Under the pieces are notes generated by a model. The model was not told the origin of the DNA, did not search any database, and saw only the letters and a program-made list of their open reading frames with translations. From contig CAVUWG010000003.1 of NCBI GenBank assembly GCA_963745295.1, forward strand, positions 611,706 through 675,705: 64,000 nucleotides of DNA. The letters run 5' to 3'. The stretch comes from an uncultured Chloroflexia bacterium (GTDB taxonomy: Bacteria; Chloroflexota; Limnocylindria; Limnocylindrales; CSP1-4). Below, one piece after another: positions 35,336 through 43,897 of the stretch. The translations under genes and the position numbers were made by a program. How positions within the stretch are numbered: position 1 is the stretch's first letter; every line of letters starts with the position of its first letter.

Positions 35336-36598
35336 TCATCGCTCCGACGGCACCGGCGCCTCGGCCACGAGGTGCAGCTCGGAACCGTCCTCGGACAGGT
35401 CGGCGAGGATGCCGAGCGTGGTCGCCCGGCTCTCGATCTCCTGCCAGGTCGTCACGGGCAGGGCGACGATCGCGTCGCGTCGCGCCGTCTCGGCCGCGTC
35501 GCGGGCATCGGCCCGACGATCTTCCATCATCGCCGCGAGCGCCGGGGGGAGCTCCGTGCCGGTCGGCGGGGCCTCGACCGGGGCGGCAGGTTCCGCGGCG
35601 GGCTTGGCGTCCTTGTCCTTGTCCCGGACGGCCGTGACCCGGGCCTCCACCTGGTCGGCCCAGTCGAGACGCATCGTGATCCGGGTGGGGGAGCGCTCGA
35701 GGTAACCGACCAGGGCCTCGTCGAGCATCCGGAACAGCCCGCTCTCGAGGTCCATTGGCAATCGCCGGTCCTGGCCCATGGAGTCGAAATCGACCGCGAC
35801 ACCGGCCTTTCGCCCGCGCTCGCGCGCGGCGCGCCGCAAGGTCGGCACCAGCCCCAGGTCGTCGAGGACCATGGGCCGGACGTCGAAGATGAACGTCTTG
35901 GTCGCCTCCAGCGTGCGCTGGACCATGCCGATCAGCTGGTGGACCTCGCCGAGCGCGAGCGCGGGGTCCTTCGCCACGAGGCGCTCCACGATCTGCGCCT
36001 GGAGCACGATGTTCGTCAGGCTCTGGGCCGGGCCGTCATGCATCGCTCGGGAGATCTCGCGCCGGAGGTCCTCCTGGCTGGTCAGGACCAGGCGTGAGAC
36101 CGCCGGCGGGATGACGACATCGCCGCCGTCGGTCGTCGCGGCCTTGCGCCCTGCCCGGGTGGCCGATTGCGGCGTCGAGATGGACGTCGCCGGATCCATG
36201 GCGGCGACGGCGTCGGCATAGGCGGAGATCGACTCGCGGTGGCGAGCGAGGGCGCGGCGCTTGCCTTCGAGGACCTCGACCTGCGATTCCATGAGGGCGG
36301 CCCGCTTGGTGAGCGCGGCGAGCTGCGTCCCGAGCTCGGCAAGCTCGGTCGCCTCTCCCTGCTTGGTCATCGCCGCGAGCTTGTCGGCGGCCGTGCTTCG
36401 CCGGCTCTCGTGGCGCGCGGCCTCGGTGCCGGCCTGGGTGACGAGCAGGTCCACCTCGCCGAGTTCGCTGTCGAGGCGTTCGACTTCTGCCGACAGCCTG
36501 GCGGACAGCTCGGCCAGGTTCTGCGGGGGCGTCGTCGACGGCGACTCCCTCGTCGGGAGCTCGGTCTCCGAGGTGCTTGTCGTCGATGCGTCGGTCAT
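35336..36598 (-). CDS. DegS-like soluble HisKA_3 protein with degenerate ATPase domain (pseudokinase)
   Basis: Coiled-coil N-terminus and intact EISRAMHDGPAQ H-box; N box reads EALVGY, and there is no DxGxG. Confidence 0.8.
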   Translation of the reverse strand: MTDASTTSTSETELPTRESPSTTPPQNLAELSARLSAEVERLDSELGEVDLLVTQAGTEAARHESRRSTAADKLAAMTKQGEATELAELGTQLAALTKRAALMESQVEVLEGKRRALARHRESISAYADAVAAMDPATSISTPQSATRAGRKAATTDGGDVVIPPAVSRLVLTSQEDLRREISRAMHDGPAQSLTNIVLQAQIVERLVAKDPALALGEVHQLIGMVQRTLEATKTFIFDVRPMVLDDLGLVPTLRRAARERGRKAGVAVDFDSMGQDRRLPMDLESGLFRMLDEALVGYLERSPTRITMRLDWADQVEARVTAVRDKDKDAKPAAEPAAPVEAPPTGTELPPALAAMMEDRRADARDAAETARRDAIVALPVTTWQEIESRATTLGILADLSEDGSELHLVAEAPVPSER

Positions 36599-36639
36599 CG
36601 ATCGGCGGCGGTCGCGGGAGTCGCTGAGGTCGTGATCGG

Positions 36640-37386
36640 TCAGTCCTCTGGCATCCGGATCCAGCCCTGGCGCATCGCGTACACCACGGCCTGCGTCCGG
36701 TCGTTGACGGACAGCTTGCGCAGGATCGAGCTCATGTGATTCTTGACCGTCTGCTCGCTGATCGACAGCGCGTAGGCGACCTGCTTGTTGGTCATGCCCT
36801 GCGCGATGTTGTCCAGGATCTCGACCTCACGGGGCGAGAGCGGCGCGAAGATCGGCGCGGCCTCCTGCCCGTACACGGCGAGCTCGCGGAACTCCTTGAG
36901 GACGCGCGAGGCCACGGCGGGCTTGGCGAAGACCTTGTCGTTGATCAGGTACTCCCCGGCGACGACCCGACGGATGATCGTGACGAGGTCGTCGGGCCCG
37001 ACATCCTTGAGGATGAAGGCCGCGGCGCCCGCCTTGATCGCGTCGAAGAGCGCATCCTCGTCCTCGGTCTGGGCCAGGACGATGATCCCGGTCGAGGGCA
37101 GCTCACGCTTGATCCGTTGGGTGGTCTCGATGCCGCCGGGCGCCGGCAGCGAGAGGTCCATGAGGACGATGTCCGGCGAGTTCTCGAGGGCGCGGTCGAT
37201 GGCGCTCCGCGAATCGTCCGCCTCGGCGACGACGTCCAGGTCGGGCTCCCGGCTCAGGATGTTGGCGATCCCCACCCGGAACAGGGCGTGATCGTCCACG
37301 ATCAGGATCCGCGTCCGGTCCCCGATGTTCCTTCGATCGGGGCCGCCCCGACGTCGCTCAGGACCGCCGTAGTCGACTGCGCTCAT
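36640..37386 (-). CDS. NarL/DegU-family response regulator
   Basis: Receiver (IVDD, LMD, LKD) plus LuxR HTH LSPREVEIL...TNKQVAYALSISEQTVKNH. Confidence 0.95.
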   Translation of the reverse strand: MSAVDYGGPERRRGGPDRRNIGDRTRILIVDDHALFRVGIANILSREPDLDVVAEADDSRSAIDRALENSPDIVLMDLSLPAPGGIETTQRIKRELPSTGIIVLAQTEDEDALFDAIKAGAAAFILKDVGPDDLVTIIRRVVAGEYLINDKVFAKPAVASRVLKEFRELAVYGQEAAPIFAPLSPREVEILDNIAQGMTNKQVAYALSISEQTVKNHMSSILRKLSVNDRTQAVVYAMRQGWIRMPED

Positions 37387-38498
37387 CTGCTCTCCCTCTG
37401 CTCCGCCCCGTCATGGATCGGGATCGCCAGCCGGACCACGGTGCCCCCGTCCGGTCGCGATCGTATATCCAGGCGAGCGCCGATCAACTCGGCGCGCTCG
37501 CGCATGAACTGGAGGCCGAAGTTGCTCCGGCCCCTGGCTGCCACCGCCCCGGCATCGAAACCGCGGCCATCATCGCGCACCTCCAGGGTCCAGTCGTCGC
37601 CGTCGAGCGACGTGCTCACGGTCACGTGGCTGGCTGACGCGTGCTTGCGAACATTCTGAAGCGCCTCCTGGGCCACCCGCAGGGCCACCGTCCGCGCACG
37701 ATCGTCGAGCGCGGTGCTCGGGGCGGCCAGGTCGGTCGAGATCGAGAGCCCGGTCAGGGCGTTGACGTTCTCGACCGTCTCCATGATGGCCCCATCGAGA
37801 CCCAGTTCGTCGAGCAATGGCGGGCGGAGCTGCGTGATGAACGCTCGAAGGTTGCCCAGCTCGCGCCGAAGCAGCTCGCGCAGGATGGCCAGCTCCGTGT
37901 TGGCGACCTTCGGGTCCGATGCGAGCACCCGCTCGATGTACTCGACCTGGAAGATCGAGTTGCTCAGCACCTGGGCCGGCCCGTCATGGATCTCCTGTGC
38001 GAGCCTGGCGCGTTCGGCCTCCTGCGCCTCGACGATCCGCATCTGGATGTCGCCCGAGGTCGAGGGGCCGCCAGCCTCGTTGACGAGCGTCACGTCGCCG
38101 CGCTCCATGAAGAGCCACGTCCGTTCGAGCGTGCTCTGGGCCAGTTCCAGCTTGGCCAGCTCGGTCTGATGGCCACCGAGTTGCTCGGACAACTGGTCGA
38201 CCTCGGCGCGGAGGTTGCGTTGCATGGCATCGTCGGCCCCGGCCTCGGCCGCGCTCGCGGCCAGATCGGATTCGGTCGAACGGGTCGGTCGCGTTCCGAC
38301 CTTGCGCGTCGAGCGTTCGATGCGGTCCAGCTGGTCGCGCAGGTCCTGCCAGTGAATGAGCGCGTCGGAGTAGGCCTCACGATATCGCTCCCGGATGCCG
38401 CGAAGCGTATTGGCACTGTAGCCAACGGCCGCGCTCGCTTCCGCATGAAGCCCGTCGAAGCGGTTGTCACCGGACTGCGTCCCGGTCCGTGCTTCCAT
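37383..38498 (-). CDS. DegS-like soluble sensor histidine kinase (HisKA_3)
   Basis: LAQEIHDGPAQ, QEALQNVRKHA, DDGRGF and FGLQFMRERA motifs; no TM segment. Confidence 0.93.
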   Translation of the reverse strand: MEARTGTQSGDNRFDGLHAEASAAVGYSANTLRGIRERYREAYSDALIHWQDLRDQLDRIERSTRKVGTRPTRSTESDLAASAAEAGADDAMQRNLRAEVDQLSEQLGGHQTELAKLELAQSTLERTWLFMERGDVTLVNEAGGPSTSGDIQMRIVEAQEAERARLAQEIHDGPAQVLSNSIFQVEYIERVLASDPKVANTELAILRELLRRELGNLRAFITQLRPPLLDELGLDGAIMETVENVNALTGLSISTDLAAPSTALDDRARTVALRVAQEALQNVRKHASASHVTVSTSLDGDDWTLEVRDDGRGFDAGAVAARGRSNFGLQFMRERAELIGARLDIRSRPDGGTVVRLAIPIHDGAEQRESR

Positions 38499-38524
38499 GT
38501 GCGCCGGAGTATAGGGGTCGCCTT

Positions 38525-40159
38525 TCATGGACAGGCGATCTCGAAGGCCCGGACGTTGGCCAGGGGATCGGCGACACCGGCCGGTCCCGGACCGAGCGCC
38601 AGCTCGTGGAAACAGTCGACATCGGGCCCGGGCTGATCCAGGACCGCCGGCCAGCCGCCGTGGTCGTCGCCGATGACGATGAGCAGCCGGGTGCCTGCGA
38701 AGCCCGGATCCGAGGCGAGATCGACGATGTCACTCGGTTCCTCGGCCGGCAGGGCAAGGGCTCGAACGCCCGGGATCTCGGTCAGCCAGATCGGGAAGTT
38801 CGTGATGACCGGTCCGGTGGACGCATCGAGTGGATGACCGATGACGGCCATCCGTCGGGCCAGCTCGTCGTACAGCTCGGCGGTCCCCCGCGATCCGGAC
38901 CCGAACGAGGGCAGGAGCATCACCGAGAACAGGACCGAGCCGAAGATGCCGAGCAGCGCTCCGAGCCAGGCGACCGGCCGCGTCCAGCCGAGGCGGACGC
39001 CGAGCCGGGCGATCCCGGCATCGAGCGCCAGGAGGGCGGACAGGACGAGCAGCACGTGGACGGGTCCGGCGGCGTGCAGGAACGTGCCCCACGTCGTCGC
39101 CACCGGGAACGCCAGGCTCGTGATCAGGAAGGTGACGAGGCCAAGGACGACGACCGGCCGGACCGCTCGATCGCGACCCTGCCACGGGAGCGCCAGGAAC
39201 CCGATGATCGAGATCGGCAGGCCGGGCAGGAGCAGCACCGAGAACAGGTTGTGGGCGATCCCGTCGACGCGCATCTCGAGCAGCCGGGCCGGCCCGACGG
39301 CGAGATACCTCGAGAGGGTCGGCGGATCGTTCCAGGCGAAGATGTCGAAGCCGGTCACGGACAGCGCGTTGGCGGCTGCCTGGCCCGGCAACGGGCTGCC
39401 GAAGACCTGCCAATCACGCCACGCCCAGGGCGCGAAGACGAGGAGCGCGACGACGCCGGCAACACCGATGAGCCGGATCCGCTCCATTCGCGTGGTCGCC
39501 GGAGCCAGCCAGGCGATCACGGCCCAGGTCAGCCCGATCCAGATGGCCTCGTTGCGGGTCAACGCGGTCAGCCCGATGAGCACGCCGAGCCCGACGACCC
39601 GCGGATCGGTCAGCCGCGCGCCGCGCGGGTCGCGCGCGATCCTGGTCATCAGCAGGCAGGCGGCGAGCGCGAGCGCCGCGAACGACATCGTCGAGTCCGG
39701 CAACGACGAATGCAGCAGGAGTGGCAGGTAGAACGCGCACGTCAGGCCGGTGCCGAGCGCCAGGGTCCGGGCCCGGCCGATGGGCAGGCCCCGTTCCTCG
39801 GCGACGTCGGCGGCGAGCCGCCAGGCCAGGACGGGCACCAGCGCCCCGATCAGGACCGACGAGACCTGGGCGGCCGCGAAGGTCGGCCCGAGGATGGCCA
39901 TGGGGATCGCGGCCAGGAAGGTCGGCAGCGGCAGCCAGACCTCGAACGCAGGCCGTGGGAAGACCAGCGGCGGCGTCTGGTAGCTCCACAGCGCGTCCGA
40001 CACGAGGCCGCGGCCATCGAGCATGTTGCGCGCGACGCCGACGTAGTAGGCCGTGTCCTCGGGCTTGGGGAAGACGATCTGCGACGCGAAGATCGCGCGC
40101 GTCACGAGCGCGACGATGAAGACGAGCCCGACCGACAGGAGCATCTCGCGACGGGTCAT
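38525..40159 (-). CDS. GT39/ArnT-like GT-C membrane glycosyltransferase
   Basis: EDTAYYVGVARN loop motif, many TM helices, ALTRNEA; paralog of the neighbouring gene. Confidence 0.78.
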   Translation of the reverse strand: MTRREMLLSVGLVFIVALVTRAIFASQIVFPKPEDTAYYVGVARNMLDGRGLVSDALWSYQTPPLVFPRPAFEVWLPLPTFLAAIPMAILGPTFAAAQVSSVLIGALVPVLAWRLAADVAEERGLPIGRARTLALGTGLTCAFYLPLLLHSSLPDSTMSFAALALAACLLMTRIARDPRGARLTDPRVVGLGVLIGLTALTRNEAIWIGLTWAVIAWLAPATTRMERIRLIGVAGVVALLVFAPWAWRDWQVFGSPLPGQAAANALSVTGFDIFAWNDPPTLSRYLAVGPARLLEMRVDGIAHNLFSVLLLPGLPISIIGFLALPWQGRDRAVRPVVVLGLVTFLITSLAFPVATTWGTFLHAAGPVHVLLVLSALLALDAGIARLGVRLGWTRPVAWLGALLGIFGSVLFSVMLLPSFGSGSRGTAELYDELARRMAVIGHPLDASTGPVITNFPIWLTEIPGVRALALPAEEPSDIVDLASDPGFAGTRLLIVIGDDHGGWPAVLDQPGPDVDCFHELALGPGPAGVADPLANVRAFEIACP

Positions 40160-41817
40160 GACGCCGCGGCCGTGGCGTTGCAGCGCGAGTCGGCGGGTTC
40201 GAGGCAGACCGGGTAGATGGCGACGGTCGCGCGCGGGGCACCCGCCGGCGCGTCGGCGCCCGGGGCGGGACTGGCGTCGGTCGGCGGCCCGATCCACGCC
40301 GGGCGCTCATCGGCATCGAGGATGGGCGCGGCGGCCAACACGGTGTCGGCGGCGTCCAGGACCAGCCAACGGATGTCGTACGCGCGTGCGACCTGCTCGA
40401 CCGTCTCGAGTGGGTCGTTGACGAGGACCACGCCGCCCCGCCCGGTCCAGTAGCGCGTCCCCGACGCGTCGATGGACATGACCCGGTCGGTGGCGGCGGC
40501 GCCCGCGGAATCCAGGGCGGCCGTGACCGCGCGGAACCGCTCGGCCCGTTTTTCCCAGTTGGCATGGACCACGAACGATCCGGCGACCGTGCACAGCACC
40601 GCGAAACCGATGGCGGCCGCCCCGAAGAAGCGCGAGGCCCCCTCCGCGTCCCAGGCGGGTCGGCGGCGCGCGACCCAGGCGACGGCGATCGCGATGCCCT
40701 CGAGCGCCAGGATGTAGGAGTGCGGCGCGAGCGCCACTGCCGAGTGGATGAAGGTGCCGCCCGGGACGTGGACCGCCGAGACCAGCGCCGAGAAGGCGAA
40801 CAGGAGGCCCGCGAACACGAAGAACGGCCCGAAGTCGACCGACCGTCGCCGCGCCCACCCACCCACGACCATGAACGGCGCCAGGACGAACCCGGCCACG
40901 AGGGTGGTGTAGATCATCACGGCCGCCCCAAGACCGCCGATCCGGGTCGCGATGAGCGGGCCGAGACCCATGCCGAGGAAGTGCTCGAGGGTGGCCGGGG
41001 TCGTGATGCTGTTCCATTCCGAGATGTCGCGGATGTACAGGACCTTGCCCGACGCGGTGGAAGGCGACAGCGAACCGAAGACCGCCAGCTGGCGCGCCCA
41101 CCACGGCGCCATGACGAGGGCGAACAACGCCACGCACGCGATGGCGGCGAGCAACGAGATCGCGGGGCGGCGGGCACCGGCCGACCGCCAGGCACGCCAG
41201 CGGTCCCAGGCGAACGCGAGGCCGAGGGCGGCGAGGACCAGCAGCCCGTCGTTGCGCGACAGGGTCGCGAGGCCCGCCAGGAGGCCCGCCCCGGCGAACG
41301 CTCGGCCGGAGCCCTTGAGCCCGCGTGCGCCCAGCCAGAGCGAACCCGCGACCAGCGGCTGGTAGAGCGAGAAGTTGTCGGGCTGGACGAGGTAGACCGC
41401 CGAGAGGAGCGGGATGGCGACCAGGATGCCGGCGCCGACCTGGATCCACGAGCGTGCCCCCGCGTCGCGCGCGATCGCCCACGTGAGCGGGGCCGCGAGG
41501 GCGCCGATCAACGCGAATGGCGCCGCGGACGCCCAGGCCACGTTCCCGAAGACGGCCAGGAACGGCACCTGCACGATCGAGGCAAGCGGCATCCAGTGCG
41601 CGTTGGACGGGATCGGGAGCGTCGGGTCGGCCGGGATCACGCCGCCGACCTCGGCGAAGATCCAGATGAAGTCGATGTTGAACCCCTGTCCCGCGTTCAG
41701 GGCCCGCGCGACGTCCACGTAATAGGACGAATCGGGGTAGGCCGGCTCCGGGAAGTGCCAGATGAGCACCGCCCGAACGGCGAGGGCGAGCCCGTACAGC
41801 AGTAGGGGGATACGCAC
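40156..41817 (-). CDS. GT39/ArnT-like GT-C membrane glycosyltransferase
   Basis: PDSSYYVDVARAL, HWMPL and LSRNDG motifs; polytopic. Confidence 0.78.
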   Translation of the reverse strand: MRIPLLLYGLALAVRAVLIWHFPEPAYPDSSYYVDVARALNAGQGFNIDFIWIFAEVGGVIPADPTLPIPSNAHWMPLASIVQVPFLAVFGNVAWASAAPFALIGALAAPLTWAIARDAGARSWIQVGAGILVAIPLLSAVYLVQPDNFSLYQPLVAGSLWLGARGLKGSGRAFAGAGLLAGLATLSRNDGLLVLAALGLAFAWDRWRAWRSAGARRPAISLLAAIACVALFALVMAPWWARQLAVFGSLSPSTASGKVLYIRDISEWNSITTPATLEHFLGMGLGPLIATRIGGLGAAVMIYTTLVAGFVLAPFMVVGGWARRRSVDFGPFFVFAGLLFAFSALVSAVHVPGGTFIHSAVALAPHSYILALEGIAIAVAWVARRRPAWDAEGASRFFGAAAIGFAVLCTVAGSFVVHANWEKRAERFRAVTAALDSAGAAATDRVMSIDASGTRYWTGRGGVVLVNDPLETVEQVARAYDIRWLVLDAADTVLAAAPILDADERPAWIGPPTDASPAPGADAPAGAPRATVAIYPVCLEPADSRCNATAAAS

Positions 41818-41888
41818 GGCCGGTGCAGCGTAGCACCGGGTTCCACGCACGCCGACCAGTACGATTCGGCTAGTCCGCGCGCTCGCGC

Positions 41889-42977
41889 TCAGGTCGCGGC
41901 GGTGGCCTCGGCACCCTCCCGAGCGATGGGCCACCGGGTCCCGGCGAGCATCATCGCGATGACGATCGTCGCCCCGAGCCACCACCCTTCGGCCGAATAG
42001 GTGGCCATCAGCATCGCGGCCAGGAGGGCGAACTCACGGCGGATCAGGAACAGGGCGGGCACCAGGAACAGGCCGTTGAAACTGTGCATGTTCGGCGTGA
42101 CCACGAACATCAGGATGCCGAGCCACGCACCGGTGTCCGGCCCGCGCAGGAACCAGGCCACGATGAGCGAGCCGACGACCAGGCCTCCGAACACGATCGC
42201 CGGCAGGTACGCGAGGAGCGAGACGCCCATCATCGGCCACTGTGGATCGGCCGCCAGGCGGACCTGCGCGATCCAGTCGAAGTACGCATCGATGCCCACG
42301 AGTGGCAGCGTGACGACGACGACCAGGATCCAGGGCACGACCCCGAGCAGGGCCGATCGACGCCGGTGGCGCAGGATCACCAGCCAGCCGTGCACCTGCG
42401 ACGGCTTGATCGCCGCGAGGGACGCCGCGAGGAACCCGACCTTGGCGTCGACCTCGGCCGGGTCGTCCAGGCGTCGTGGCCGGGTCGGCGAGCGATCCCT
42501 CGAGCGGACCCAGAACGCCGCCACGAAGGCGAGGAAGATCGCCACGGAGATATTGCCCGTCCAGATCCCCTCCGACATCGGGACCCACACGAGCGCGACG
42601 GTCGCCGGGATCAGCCCAAGACCGATCCAGCGAAACGACCACCAGCCGATGGCGAGGGTGCCGAGGACCCAGGCCCAGCGGAGGGCCAGCTCCGGAAGCG
42701 CGGTGAGCGGCGCGATGAACGGCAACACGAACGGTGGGTACAGGAACGGAGGCAGCGCCCCGGGATCGGTGAACCCGTCCGCCACGTAGACCACTCCGCC
42801 GTCGAGCCATCGCTCGGCAGCGCGCAGCGGGATGATCAGGTCGATCCCGACGGGGGTCGTGGTCACGAGGCGGAACGTGCTGATGCCACTCACCAGCACC
42901 ACGAGCAGGATCAGCGCGGCGCGGACCGCCTCGTTGACCCGGGACCCTGGCGCGAGGATGCTGCCAGCCGCCGTCAT
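41889..42977 (-). CDS. GT87-like (DUF2029) GT-C glycosyltransferase
   Basis: IDL...AAERWLDG, FLYPP, GNIS and AIKP motifs. Confidence 0.75.
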   Translation of the reverse strand: MTAAGSILAPGSRVNEAVRAALILLVVLVSGISTFRLVTTTPVGIDLIIPLRAAERWLDGGVVYVADGFTDPGALPPFLYPPFVLPFIAPLTALPELALRWAWVLGTLAIGWWSFRWIGLGLIPATVALVWVPMSEGIWTGNISVAIFLAFVAAFWVRSRDRSPTRPRRLDDPAEVDAKVGFLAASLAAIKPSQVHGWLVILRHRRRSALLGVVPWILVVVVTLPLVGIDAYFDWIAQVRLAADPQWPMMGVSLLAYLPAIVFGGLVVGSLIVAWFLRGPDTGAWLGILMFVVTPNMHSFNGLFLVPALFLIRREFALLAAMLMATYSAEGWWLGATIVIAMMLAGTRWPIAREGAEATAAT

Positions 42978-43027
42978 CGCCGAAGTATCCGTCCTGAGGC
43001 GAGCCGACGACCCCGTACTATGCGTCG

Positions 43028-43897
43028 GTGACGACGAGCTCACGCAAGCGACTGCTCCGGCCGCTTCGTGACGGGGCGGTCCTCGCGGGCTGCCTGTTCA
43101 CGCTCTACCTGTTCCTCGTCGTCGCCCCGGCGGCGGGAACCTTCGGCTTTGACGCGTTCGCTTATTGGGCGGTGAACGGCAGCGACCCGTACGGGACGGG
43201 CGTCGGGGGACTTGGCGCGTTCAACTACTCGCCGCCGATCGCGCGCCTGTTCGACCCGTTCGGGTCGCTGGCGTGGCGGACGTTCCTCTGGCTGTGGACT
43301 GCGCTCCTGATCGGCACCGTGATCTGGCTGGGTGGCCGGAGCGTCCGCGTGTTCTGGCTGCTCGCGTTCCCTCCGATCGCCCTCGAGCTCTATCACGGGA
43401 ACGTCCACCTGCTCATCGCCGCGGCGATCGTGCTGGGCTTCCGGTACCCGTGGACCTGGGCCTTCGTCATCCTCACGAAGGTCACACCCGGGGTCGGACT
43501 CGTCTGGTTCGCGGTGCGCCGCGAATGGCGCCCGCTGGCGATCGCCATGGGGGTGACCGCGGCCATCGTGGCGGTCTCGGTGCTCCTGGACGGCCAGCTC
43601 TGGATCGATTGGATCCGGTTCATCTCGACGACGCCCGAGGGAGGGTCGGTCGCCCAGTTCCAGATCCCCATCCCGCTCCTGGTCAGGCTGCCGGTGGCGA
43701 TCATCCTGGTCGCGTGGGGTGGCCTGACGGATCGGCGCTGGACGGTGCCACTCGGGGCGACCCTGGCCTTGCCCGTCCTGTGGGTCAGCGGGTTCGCGAT
43801 CTGCGCGGCCTGCCTGCCCCTGATGCGTCGCCCGGTCGCGACGAGTGACGAGGCGAAGCCCGACGACCAGGCGTTCGGGATCGACCCTCCGCGGTGA
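43028..43897 (+). CDS. GT87-like GT-C glycosyltransferase
   Basis: FDAFAYW, FNYSPP, GNVHLL and TKVTP motifs. Confidence 0.75.
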   Translation: MTTSSRKRLLRPLRDGAVLAGCLFTLYLFLVVAPAAGTFGFDAFAYWAVNGSDPYGTGVGGLGAFNYSPPIARLFDPFGSLAWRTFLWLWTALLIGTVIWLGGRSVRVFWLLAFPPIALELYHGNVHLLIAAAIVLGFRYPWTWAFVILTKVTPGVGLVWFAVRREWRPLAIAMGVTAAIVAVSVLLDGQLWIDWIRFISTTPEGGSVAQFQIPIPLLVRLPVAIILVAWGGLTDRRWTVPLGATLALPVLWVSGFAICAACLPLMRRPVATSDEAKPDDQAFGIDPPR

